Assembly (NCBI RefSeq): GCF_036321535.1
Contig: NC_087436.1
Span: forward strand, 113,214,001-113,278,000
DNA from: Camelus dromedarius
Lineage: Eukaryota
Length of the DNA stretch: 64,000 nucleotides
Reading direction: 5' to 3'
This document shows positions 12,761 through 25,064 of this stretch, piece by piece (position 1 is the first letter of the stretch; each line of letters begins with the position of its first letter). The translations under genes were made by a program, and so were the position numbers. The notes beneath the pieces were generated by a model. The model worked only from the letters and a program-made list of their open reading frames with translations. It searched no databases and was not told the DNA's origin.

Positions 12761-14854
12761 TAATGGGTTGTTTTACCTTTTTCTCTGCATGGGTCCAACA
12801 GAAAATGAAATGTATATAAATAGATTTTTAAAATAAGTCTTAATGGAGGACCACACTAAGGTAAACACATATTACTTCATATATACACAATATGTATGTA
12901 CCTGTATATACATATATATAAAACCAGACAGAAAATAGTGAGTTTTTTTAAAGAGTAACTCAAAGAAGCACTAGTAACAACTGGCTTAAGGATATGGGAA
13001 GAGAGCATTAATGAAGAATTGAACTGTGCAGTGACAAATTCTGCCATTAGTATATCTTGAGAGTGAAGCTTTTGTTATCAAAGTCCGTAAGCAGACATTT
13101 TTCAAGAACATTTGCACAGATGTCAAGGAAGCATGTGGATTTAGCAGAAGAACTGAAACAAATGTGGGGATTGAGGCTCATGAAAGTGTAATCATTTATC
13201 ATGTCAGCAAGCGGGGTGGTTCTAATATGGAAAAGGCTTTTAGAAACTGGGAAGCCAGGGACTGTAACCAGGTGTCCAAGGTTTGCTTTTTAAAACCATC
13301 CTGTAATCCAGTGATGTAACCCATTGACTAACACCCTCATTGCCGTTAAGAGCTGAAATCCAGTTAGTCCCTGAAAAATTTAAAAATACACTAACAGCAA
13401 CACCCCTGTCCTTGGGGTATGTAAACATAACCAGCATCCATTCAGAATTCTGTCCTGAATACTTGCATTTGCTTTTAATCATGTTCCACTAAGACTGACG
13501 TGCCAGCTTCAGTACTCACCAGCTGTATCTCCTTTGCCAAGTTAGCATCTGAGACTCAGTTTCCTTAGTTATAAAATCAAGACATTAATTGTAGCTTCTG
13601 TTAGGGTTCTTGGAGGGTTAAATGAGATGCTAGCACAGCTTCTTGTCCCCAGAGAGAGTAGGTATTATTATTATTTTTATTTTCAATGTTCCGAGCTCGC
13701 CCCATTGTCCAAGGTCTCCCTTCCATTTAAGATTCACATCAAAGACACCATCATAACTTTCCAACACCAAGAAGATTTATTTCCGGCAAGAACCACATTA
13801 GCCTATTCACTAAGCAGTCCTTGCACCCTCATAGGCAGCAGGCAGCCCACAATTTGATGCTTCTGTTCCGGGCAGGGTGCACGTTCTCCAGCACAGAGGA
13901 AGCTTCATAACAAGAGAACCAGTGAGGCTGCAGGTTCCCTCGCCCCAGGCCTGTAATTTGTCTGTACCACAAGAGGTATGGCCTCTGAGCATCTGAAAGC
14001 CTTCTGAGGAATGCAGAAATAGGCAGAGTGTAGATGATTTTTTAAGCTTGCTGACAACCCGGAACGGTGAGTACTGTTGCCAAGGGCCCACAGAGAGAAA
14101 CAGTGAAAAGCTGAGAATGTTGGAGCCTAACATTCTCTACAGTCAGACACGGCTGAGACCGAGTGGGGGACGTCAGAGGCCCTAGAGCACAGTGTCTGCA
14201 GAGGAGGGCAGTCCAAAGGTCTCTGGGTTTGGACTCAGATGACCTGGATTTGAATCTCAGTGCTCCTACTGAACAATCTCTCGGTCACGACCCGTTAACA
14301 TAAGCCCTGTGAATATCAAGTTGTGGTCAGTAGAATGGGGACAATGATATCTATGTAAAGGAGCCGTTCTGAGAACGAATGCACATGGACTAACTCCACC
14401 CGTTCACTCGTTTGTTCGTACCCTGGTAGAGACGTTTACTACGTGCCTCTGCGAGTGAGGCCCTGTGCCAGGGAGCCGGGGAATCAGAGGTGCAGGGGGA
14501 CCTGGTCCACCTGGCTCCACTGCAAATGGGACTTCAAAATTCTGTAAGCATTATGCTCTTTTAAACAAATGTTGCTGTGCGTGATTCCAGGGTATACAGC
14601 GTTCAGTGGACAGCTGCTCTGATTTACATGATGTTGATCGGTCTAGAGTCCCATCAAATTGGCTTCCTCTTAACTCCGAAGGATGCTCCTGAGTTAATTC
14701 CCAGGGAGCTCCTGAGGGACCTGGAAGAGCTGAAATCCACAGTGAGAGCTGCCTTTTTGTATTACTTAATGAAATTTCCCACATTCTCTACTCCCCAAGC
14801 AGGATTGGCCTTTACAGGGTCTAAACAGTCAGGGGCAAATTCTAACAAGAGTGG

Positions 14855-15286
14855 CCCGCCATGGGGGCCAGGAGAATGTGTCTCCAGACCCTTGACCACT
14901 GAGATCAGAGTTCAATGAGGTCCCAGCTGCTAGGCTTTGAAATGCACCATTGTGTGTGTGCCCAGGCTGTGCCTTCCACGGGGGCTCCTGCTGAGGACTA
15001 AGCATAGGGCTGGAGACATGAGGGAGACTAAGGGACTTCTCTGATGGGCAACTTTATCTCAAGGGCTTGCTGCTGCCTTGGCCAAATCCTCTTTTGACTT
15101 GATGGCAGATAGTCTGTGAGACTTCCAAGTAACCTCCTCTTTCTCTGTCCTTTAGTCAGACTCTCACCACGTTCTGATGATCTCGCAGCCTTCCCCGGCC
15201 CCCTCCTCCTTCTCTTTCTCTAGTAAAACCCTGGCAGGTTTAATTCTGCTTTGTCATCTGCTTCTCAGAGGACCTAGACCAACACA
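14855..15286 (+). mobile_element. ERVL solo LTR (LTR16-like)
   Basis: GGGACTTCTCTGATGGGCAACTTT... ending CATCTGCTTCTCAGAGGACCTAGACCAACACA. Confidence 0.65.
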
Positions 15287-15830
15287 CCTGCCAATTGCCT
15301 CATCCCACTTTCCTCTGGGAATTCAGATGAAACTGTCCGGCTGCGGCTTGTGGATCCTGTGAGAACCAGCCCAGGGCGATGTCCATCTGCAAGGCTGGGC
15401 TGCAGTGGGAGGGCTGTGGGCCAAGTCAGCGAGGGAAGGGTTGTTCCCCCGGGACAGTGAGTGGAACAAGTCCACCGCTGCAAGGAGAGGGAAGTGCAGG
15501 AATTGGCAAAGGGCCTAGTCAAGTCAGTCGCGAGGTTGGAAGCAGAACAGAATCAGGAGGCACATCCTCACATGAGCAATTGCTTCTATTCGGTTTCACA
15601 GATTGGGGAGCTGCCCAGAGATACCTTTAGAAATTCAAACAGAATAATTCAGACCCTCATCTTAGAGATGGAGACTGGGGTGGAATCTCCATCTTTAGTC
15701 ATAGATTTATCTCAGATAAAGGACTTAGAAAGGGAATCGCTCTTCTGGTTGAAGGAATTAAAAATATCTTCTCAAATATTCAGGGACTTGAGTGTATAAA
15801 TGACTTTCATCTCATATCAGTCTCTCACTT

Positions 15831-15895
15831 TTTTAAAAAACTTTTTTATTGAAGTACAGTCAGTTACAATGTGTCAGTTTCTGGTGTACAGCACA
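15831..15895 (-). mobile_element. Ultra-short LINE-1 3' tip
   Basis: TTTTTTATTGAAGTACAGTCAGTTACAATGTGTC matches 59570-59620. Approximate TSD CAGTCTCTCACTT (15818-15830) / CAGTTCCTCACTT (15896-15908). Confidence 0.8.
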
Positions 15896-18849
15896 CAGTT
15901 CCTCACTTCTGAGGATCTGAAATAGCCCAAAGATATTGGAGGGTGGTTATGTATTCCTCCCTCCCATCCTCTCTCTTTTTCCTGCTCCCGTTCCAAGACG
16001 GGGGTCATGAGTAACATGCAACCTCAGGAGCCAACTTCTCCTGGAGGTGATGCATCCCTCCCAGCGAGGATGCCGGGCACATCTGTGCCGTGCCAGGCCA
16101 TGACACGTTGGCATGAAGAGATACTCCGGACCACACAGATGCTGCTGGCATCAACGGTCTGCTGCCTCCAGCATGAGTTCTTTCTTAAAAGCAGATTATG
16201 CAACACTTCATTTATTTATTTACTATCAATAAATACTAACTTTTAAAAACTACAAAAAAAATTTAAGCATAAAGGAGAAAATAGAAGCCACTCATAATTT
16301 TTCTGGTCCCCAAGAATCCCCCCCACTACATTTAATATTTTAATGTATATCATCCCAGCTTTTATCCTTATAATTCCATTTGGTTTGAGGGATGGGTTCT
16401 TAAAGAGCTCACCTAATTAAAAAATAGCACAGTTGATTCTTTCACAGGAATTAAATACAAAGTTGCAGGGACTGTCTTCTCAGAGCACATGAACATGTAA
16501 CTTTGCACTGAAGGGCACCTTCGCCATCTGCATCTTGTGAGCAAGTAACTGGATTTTTTTCTTCCAGGTTTTCTTTATCCTTTCCTGGTGATATGATGAT
16601 TTTGGCAAACCATTGTCTCATTTCATGCTTCCCTCACCCCAAAACTCACACTCCAGCATCTCATTTCAGGTCATATCATGACCTTCTTTGTAACACATAA
16701 TTGCATCTAATACTTAGTTTCAAAGTTGGTGATTATCTAGAAAGGTTTTCCAATTCAAGTATGACCATCTAATGAAAGTTTGGTCAACATTGCTTGAGGA
16801 TATAGAATAAAAAAACAATTAAAAAAATAAAAGTGAATCTTAGACTAACACTGTGCTGGTCCTCAAAATCTCTTACGCGCGGACAGCCACGTGGACCCCA
16901 GGATGGCGACGATTCCTGGTTAGCAGCAAGGGGGGCCGCCACCATAGCATGAATATTGATTAACATTCCTTCAGACCTCTAGATTTCAAGTTCTTTGAAT
17001 CCTGACAATTTTTCAAAAGGCCTGATGGATTGATATCATACTGACTGTATACTGAGATTCTTAAACATTTCTCTATCTCACTGTGGTAGATCCTGTGACC
17101 TCCTCTCTGTGTAAGTATCTGTGTAGATAAGATTTTTCTCACAGAAACAGGGCTTACAGCTGACACTGTTTGGAAAATTGCTCTTTTGACTTACTATATC
17201 ATGGTTTGCAATGCATGACACACAGAAAATAATTCAGAATCAGCCAAAAGAGAGACTGTGCTTTCATCGCACTTTTTCAATGTTCTCACCGAGTGGAGAC
17301 AGATTATCTAAAGGCACCCAATGCCTCTGATAGGTCGTTTGTCTAAATCTCTAGCAAAGTGCTCTGACTCTAGTCTGTGGATGCCAAATTTCTTAGCAAA
17401 ACCCAGGTCTTCTTAAAGTCCCTCATTCCAGAAGTTATCCAAGCATCCCTCACTGAAGCTCTAGGTGCCGGGACAGAGCAGGGAACTTGGTCTGGGCTCC
17501 TCCTGAGCCAGAGCCTTGAGGCGGGACAGGTCATAAAGCAAAGGCAGGTGCGAGACAGCTGCCGGTGTGAAAGACAGGAAGGGGTCTAAGTCTGACCTAA
17601 CCCAGAGCACAGGAAGCCTGCCACACGGAGGAGGTGTTTCATCTGACACCTGAAACACCACTCTTTGGAGGGAGAAGCTGGGAGTCCTTTTGAGAGGAAG
17701 AGGGCAGTGTTCCAGGATGACGGAGTGGAGTGTTTGAGAATCTGGAGGGAAGGGAGAACATGGTGATTAGAGTTTCTGAAGGGCATCCAATTCCATGGGA
17801 CCTGAAGCAGAATGATGGGGCATCTGAGGGAACATCCTGGGGACAGATTTCAAGTTGACGGAAGGGGACACTCAGAGAAGCCGGAGTTGACAGGTGACAT
17901 CATGGCCCCTCTCGGTGCTTGTCCCAGGTGTGTGTCAGCAGGGTGGGGTTGCTGGAAAGGAACCTGAGCTTTGGAGGGGGGTCAGAGACATGACCCAGAT
18001 ACTCCCTGATCCTATAAAACACTCTCTTCCTAAAAACCGCAGCCACAACTGGAGCCTTCTTCCTTAGCTTTATGACTGGGTGTTTTTCCTTTGGCCAAAT
18101 ACCAAAGATTATTTAATCCCTGTAGGACTGTACACAGAATTCTGCTTGTGCTCAGCACAGAGCTCACTCAACTGCCACTCATCTGAAGATCTAAAGAAAG
18201 TTTAACTTGCTCTTGGGCATTCACTTAGCAGAAAAGAGAAATCTGAAAAGTGTTGAAAAGTATCTTTAAAAAGATGAACATAGTCCATGACCAACACTGA
18301 ATTTTGGAATGGAAAGGGACTCAGGCCAGCTAGCCGACATCACCACTCTACAGATGAACAATGGAGGCAAAGAGAGACCCTGTGACCTGGGTGCCGTCTC
18401 CTGGACTGTGAGGGCCAGACGCAGGGCAGGTGGAACAGGCCCCCTGACTCACAGGCCACTGTCTTTCCATTTGATCTGGGCACTTCTGGGGCAACCCCTA
18501 AGTAATAAGACCCATGTATTTCACAGAAATTCAAATTAAGTTCAAGGAACGACATATCTGAAGAGCTGCCATGAGCCAAAGGCTTTGTCTGGGATGCTGT
18601 TCGTTCATCACTGGCTGGCTTGCCTTGAATGGTACTTCCAACAGGACGACCTCCAGACGACTGGTCTGAAGTTGAGCACTCATTATCACCTCTCATGGTG
18701 CCCACTCTTCCCTCCAAATGCTTAGCAAAGCTCACTGCTGCACGGGCTTGTTGATTTTCTCTCTCCCTCACCGCCCTGTGTATTCGGTGAAGTCCTGGAC
18801 CGAGACGGTTTTCCCAGCTCCTCCACTTTCAGGGGTGACGCAGAGCCTG

Positions 18850-19333
18850 GTGGTGGGGGAAAGCTCAGTCTTCTCCCTTTGCCCCTCTGCACCCCCCCCC
18901 ACCCAACCTGCTCTGGAGCTGAGAACCTGACTTTCGCCAACTCTACCAGTAGCTTCCCTTGACCTCTGACTTGCGGTCAGGTTCTGCCAATGGGGAGGTG
19001 TGATCAGGACAAGAGAGGGGTCTGTTTTCCTTTCTCTGCTCCTTCTCAGGTAGGTCCAAGTGTGTTGGTCAAATCTTTCTACCCTAAACCACAGATTCCG
19101 TCTCTGGCTTTCTCCCCAGAGTTAACTAACCACTTCCTCTCCCGCCCCGCCTGGGTGGTAGAGGTGGTAATGGCTCCCCTCTGTGGCCAGTTCTGGTTAA
19201 GGCATCACGCCATCGTTTCAATTTAATCCTGTCTGAGAGCCTTTGGACAGATCTTAAGTACTTTTATCAAATGTTTCTCCATGGCTCCATCTGAATATGC
19301 TCTCCCTGACTTGCTGAGACTCTAAAGAATGCA
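18850..19333 (+). mobile_element. ERVL solo LTR (LTR33-like), directly abutting the L1 insertion site
   Basis: GCTTCCCTTGACCTCTGACTTGCGGTCAGGTTCTGCCAATGGGGAGG...GGTGGTAATGGCTCCCC...GCTGAGACTCTAAAGAATGCA. Confidence 0.6.
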
Positions 19334-19954
19334 GTAATTGTTTTTTTTTTTAAACTAATACAACATTGTAAATCAACTACACTTCAATTTAAAAAAAAAA
19401 GAATGAGTTCTGTTGATCTGGGTGCAGCACGGGGACTACAACAAACAGTCCTGTATTATATACTTGAAAGTCATTAAGAGAGTAGATCTTCAATGCTGTC
19501 ACCCCTGCCCTCCACTGAAGGAAAAGGTAATTACATGAGGGGATGTGATCTGTCAACCTTATTGTGGTAATGGTTTCCCAATATATATATCTGTATCAAA
19601 TCCTCATGTACAATTTAGATTTACATATGTTCTTTTTTTTAACATTTTTTATTGATTTATAATCATTTTACAATGTTGTGTCAAATTCCAGTGTTCAGCA
19701 CAATTTTTCAGTTATTCATGGACATATACACACTCATTGTCACATTTTTTTCTCTGTGAGTTATCATAACATTTTGTGTATATTTCCTTGTGCTATACAG
19801 TGTAGTCTATTCTACAATTTTGAAATCCCAGTCTATCCCTTCCCACCCTCCACCCCCCTGGTAACCACAAGTCTGTATTCTCTGTCTGTGAGTCTATTTC
19901 TGTCCTTTATTTATGCTTTGTTTTTGTTTGTTTGTTTGTTTTTGTTTTTGTTTT

Positions 19955-22900
19955 TTAGATTCCACATATGAGCGATTTCATATGGTATTTTTCTTTCTCT
20001 TTCTGGCTTACTTCACTTAGAATGACATTCTCCAGGAGCATCCATGTTGCTGCAAATGGCATTATGTTGTTGGTTTTTATGGCTGAGTAGTATTCCATTG
20101 TATAAATATACCACCTCTTCTTTATCCAGTCACCTGTTGATGGACATTTAGGCTGTTTCCATGTTTTGGCTATTGTAAATAGTGCTGCTATGAACATTGG
20201 GGTGCAGGTGTCATCCTGAAGTAGATTTCCTTCTGGATACAAGCGCAGGAGTGGGATTCCTGGGTCATATGGTAAGTCTATTCCTAGTCTTTTGAGGAAT
20301 CTCCACACTGTTTTCCATAGTGGCTGCACCAAACTGCATTCCCACCAGCAGTGTAGGAGGGTTCCCCTTTCTCCACAGCCTCTCCAGCATTTGTCATTTG
20401 TGGATTTTTGAATGACGGCCATTCTGACTGGTGTGAGGTGATACCTCATTGTAGTTTTGATTTGCATTTCTCTGATAATTAGTGATATGGAGCATTTTTT
20501 CATGTGCTTTTTGATCATTTGTATGTCTTCCTTGGAGAATTGCTTGTTTAGGTCTTCTGCCCATTTTTGGATTGGGTTGTTTATTTTTTTCTTATTGAGT
20601 CGTATGAGCTGCTTATATATTCTGGAGATCGAGCCTTTGTCGGTTTCACTTGCAAAAATTTTCTCCCATTCCGTAGGTTTTCTTCTTGTTTTACTTCTGG
20701 TTTCCTTTGCTGTGCAGAAGCTTGTAAGTTTCATTAGGTCCCATTTGTTTATTCTTGCTTTTATTTCTTCTAGGAGAAAATTTTTGAAATGTATGTCAGA
20801 TAATGTTTTGCCTATGTTTTCCTCTAGGAGGTTTATTGTATCTTGTCTTATGTTTAAGTCTTTAATCCATTTTGAGTTGATTTTTGTGTATGGTGTAAGG
20901 GAGTGTTCTAGCTTCATTGTTTTACGTGCTGCTGTCCAGTTTTCCCAACACCATTTGCTGAAGAGACTGTCTTTATTCCAATGTATATTCTTGCCTCCTT
21001 TGTCAAAGATGAGTTGACCAAAAGTTTGTGGGTTCATTTCTGGGCTCTCTATTCTGTTCCATTGGTCTATATGTCTGTTTTGGTACCAATACCATGCTGT
21101 CTTGATGACTGTAGCTCTATAGTAGTGTCTGAAGTCTGGGAGAGTTATTCCTCCAGCCTCTTTCTTTCTCTTCAGTAATGCTTTGGCAATTCTAGGTCTT
21201 TGATGGTTCCATATGAATTTTATTATGATTTTTTCTAGTTCTGTGAAATATGTCCTGGGTAATTGGATAGGGATTGCATTAAATCTGTAGATTGCCTTGG
21301 GCAGTGTGACCATTTTAACAATATTGATTCTTCCAATCCAAGAGCATGGAATATCTTTCCACTTTTTAAAGTCTTCTTTAATTTCCTTCATCAATGGTTT
21401 ATAGTTTTCTGTGTATAATTCTTTCACCTCCTTGGTTAGATTTATTCCCAGATATTTTATTACTTTGGGTGCTATTTTAAAGGGGATTGTTTCTTTACTT
21501 TCTTCTTCTGTTGATTTATCATTAGTGTAAAGAAATGCAACTGATTTTTGAACGTTAATTTTGTAACCTGCTACCTTGCTGAATTCTTCAATCAGCTCTA
21601 GTAGCTTTTGTGTGGACCTTTTAGGGTTTTCTATATATAGTAGCATGTCATCAGCATATAATGACACTTTTACCTCTTCTTTTCCAATTTGGATCCCTTT
21701 TATTTCTTTCTCTTGCCTGACTGCTGTGGCTAGGACTTCCAGGACTATGTTGAATAGGAGTGGTGATAGTGGGCATCCTTGTCTTGTCCCAGATTTTAGT
21801 GGGAAGCTTTTGAGTTTTTCACCGTTGAGTACTATGCTGGCTGTAGGTTTGTCATATATAGCTTTTATTATGTTGAGATATGTTCCCTCTATACCCACTT
21901 TGGCGAGAGTTTTTATCATAAATGGGTGTTGAATTTTATCAAATGCTTTTTCTGCATCGATTGAGATGATCATGTGGTTTTTGTCCTTTCTCTTGTTGAT
22001 GTGATGTATTACACTGATTGATTTGCGTATGTTGAACCAGCCTTGTGTCCCTGGGATGAACCCCACTTGGTCATGATGTACAATCTTTTTTATGTGTTGT
22101 TGGATTCTATTTGCTAAAATTTTGGTGAGGATTTTGGCGTCTATGTTCAGCAGTGATATTGGCCTATAATTCTCTTTTTTTGTAGTGTCTTTGCCTGGTT
22201 TTGGTATCAGGGTGATGGTGGCTTCATAGAATGAGTTTGGGAGTATTCCCTCCTTTTCAATCATCTGGAAGAGTTTGAGAAGGACTGGTATGAGTTCTTC
22301 TTTGTATGTTTGGTAGAATTCCCCGGTGAAGCCGTCCGGTCCTGGACTTTTATTTGTAGGGAGGTTTTTAATTGCTATTTCTACTTCTTTTCTAGTGATC
22401 GGACTGTTCAAGTGTTCAGATTCTTCTTGATTCAGTTTTGGTGGACAGTATGTTTCCAGAAACTTGTCCATCTCCTCTAGGTTATCCAGTTTAGTTCCAT
22501 ATAGTTTTTCATAATATTCTCGTATGATATTCTGTATTTCTATTTTGTTTGTTGTAATTTCTCCATTTTCCTTTCTTATTTTGCTAATTTGTGCTCTCTC
22601 TTTTTTCTTCTTTGTGAGTTTGGCCAGAGGTTTGTCAATTTTATTTACTTTTTCAAAAAACCAGCTTTTGGTTTGGTTGGTTTTTTCTATGGTCTTGTTA
22701 ATCTCTATTGTATTTAATTCCTCTCTGATCTTTATTATTTCCTTCCTTCTGCTGCTTTTTGGGGCTTTTTGTTCTTCATTTTCTAATTCATTCAGGTGGT
22801 GGGTTAAATTGTTTATTTGAGATTGTTCTTCTTTTTTGAGGAAGGCCTGTATCACTATAAACTTCCCTCTTAGCACTGCCTTTGCTGTGTCCCATAGGTT

Positions 22901-23752
22901 TTGAGTGGTTGTGCTTTCATTATCATTTGTCTCAAGGTATTTTTTAATTTCAGCTTTGATTTCCTCATTGATCCATTGTTTTTTCAATAACATATTGTTT
23001 AATCTCCATGCTTTCCTTTTTTTCTCCTTTGTTTCTCTGTTGTTGATTTCCAGTTTCATGGCATTGTGGTCAGTAAAGATGCTTGAGATAATTTCTATCT
23101 TCTTAAAATTGTTGAGGTTTCTTTTGTGCCCAAGTACATGATCGATCCTGGAAAATGTTCCATGTGCACTTGAAAAGAATGTATATCCTATTTTTGGGGG
23201 GTGTAATGCTCTGAAAATATCCACCAAATCTAGTTTTTCTATTGTAGTATTTAATTTCTCTGTTGCCTTGTTTATTTTCTGTCTGGAAGATCTGTCTAGT
23301 GATGTTTATGCAGTGTTAAAATCTCCAACTATGATTGTATTCCCATCAATATCCCCCTTTATCTCTGTTAGTAATTCTTGTATGTACTTAGGTGCTCCTA
23401 TATTGGGTGCATATATATTAACGAGTGTAATATCCTCATCATGTATCACTCCTTTAATCATTATAAAATGTCCTTCTTTATCTTTCTTTATGGCCTTTGT
23501 TTTAAAGTCTATTTTGTCTGAAATCAGTACTGCAACACCTGCTTTTTTGGCTTTTCCATTTGCATGGAATATCCTTTTCCATCCTTTCACTCTCAATCTA
23601 TATGTGTCCTTCTCCCTAAAGTGGGTCTCTTGTATGCAGCATATTGAAGGTTCTTGCTTTATTATCCAGTGTGCCACTCTGTGTCTTTTGACTGGAGCAT
23701 TTAGTCCATTAACATTTACAGTAATTAATGATAGATGTGTGTTTATTGCCAT
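19955..23752 (-). pseudogene. ORF2: LINE-1 ORF2 (APE endonuclease, reverse transcriptase, C-terminal Cys domain), 1265 codons with one in-frame TAA at codon 149
   Basis: ORFs 23306..23752 (MAINTHLSLITVNVNGLN...QETH...GDFNTA*) and 19955..23227 share a frame. The link reads GCA TAA ACA TCA CTA GAC AGA, where Leu TTA is expected. Motifs [23 protein letters not shown] and CWRGC...HCWWEC are present. Confidence 0.96.
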
Positions 23753-24157
23753 TTTGAACTTATCTTTGCAGTTGAATTGGTATATCCTCTTTGTTCCTTT
23801 CTTCTTCCTTTTGTGGTTTGGTAATTTTCCTTTGTATTATCATGGATTTTATTTAATTTTTGTGACTTCTTTGTAAATTTTTGGCTTGTGGTTACCCTTT
23901 TTTGTAAATCTATCAACCCATTACTATAACTGTTTTTATTAAACTGGTAGTAACATGATCTCAAACCCATCCTACTGTTAAAAAAATTTAAAAAAGAAAG
24001 AAAACAAATATTCTATATTTCCCTGCCTCCCTCTCCCACTCTCAGTGATTTGTATGTCTTCTTTTATAATTTCATGTTTACTTTATTTGTAATTCATGAG
24101 TTATCACCTTTCCAGTTGTGTGTTTCTCATTTCTGTAGTATCCTGCTGCTTTTCTAT

Positions 24158-25064
24158 TTAGAATAGCCCTTTCAATATTTCTTTTAGCATGGGTTTAGTG
24201 TTGCTAAACTCCTGCAGCTTTTTTTTGTCTGTGAAACTCTTTATTTCTCCTTCTATCCTCAAGGATAGCCTTGCTGGATAAAGGATCCTAGGCTGCATCT
24301 TTTTTTCATTCAGGGCTTTGAATATATCTTGCCACTCCCTTCTGGCCTGTAGTGTTTGTGTAGAGAAATCAGCTGAGAGCCTTATGGGGGTTCCCTTGTA
24401 ACTTACTCTTTGCTTTTCTCTTGCTGCCTTTAGAATCATTTCTTTATCCTTGACTCTGGCCATCTTGATTATGATATGTCTTGGTGTGGGTCTATTTGGG
24501 TTCTTCCTGTTTGGGACCCTCTGAGCTTCCTGTACTTGGATATCTGATTCCTTCTTTAAGTTTGGGAAGTTTTCAGTCATGATTTCTTCAAAAACCTTTT
24601 CAATCCCCTTTGATCTTTCTTCTCCTTCTGGGACCCCTATTATGCGAAGATTGGGACGCTTTATATTATCCCATAGGTCCCTTATGCTATTTTCGTTATT
24701 TTTTATTTGCTTCTCTTGTAGTTCTTCTGAATGGGTGCTTTCTATTGCCCTGTCTTCTAGATCACTAATTCGTTCCTCTGCATTATCTAGTCGGCTTTGC
24801 ACAGCTATTAGATCATTCCTCATCTCTGTCAATGAGTTTACCCATTCTACTTGGCTCTTCTTTATAGCGTCAATTTCATTTTTTTTTGACATATTTTATA
24901 TCTCTAAACACTATCTCTTTTAATTCCTTCAGCAATTCAATCACTCCTTTTTTGAAATCTTGATCTAGTAGGCTATCGATGTCTATTTCGTTGATCTTTC
25001 TTTCAGGGGATTTCTCTTGTTCTTTTAATTGGGAAAGGTTTTTCTGCTTCTTCATCTTGCTCAT
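24158..25064 (-). pseudogene. ORF1: LINE-1 ORF1 (RNA-binding/chaperone), ~301 aa, +1 frameshift in an A9 run
   Basis: ORFs 24876..25064 (MSKMKKQKNLSQLKEQ...) and 24158..24892 (...RLDNAEERISDLED...NLRIIGVPE...ARREW...YPARLS) overlap at a 9-T run (24879-24887). The total span is 907 nt, i.e. 3n+1. Confidence 0.94.

Noticed and set aside
16935..16947. Perfect Kozak GCCGCCACC in a small CpG cluster
   Set aside because: It is followed by ATA rather than ATG, and the next ATG frame closes after four codons.
19621..19632. TSD expected next to the L1's own polyA
   Set aside because: TTACATATGTTC does not match the flank at 26726; the real match is at 19332-19343.
19955..23227. 1090-aa ORF as a stand-alone gene or novel reverse-transcriptase system
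   Set aside because: It is the part of L1 ORF2 downstream of a premature stop and starts at a non-ATG codon.
20457..24923. Plus-strand ORFs (186, 118, 202, 114 aa and others)
   Set aside because: Antisense shadows of L1 ORF1/ORF2.
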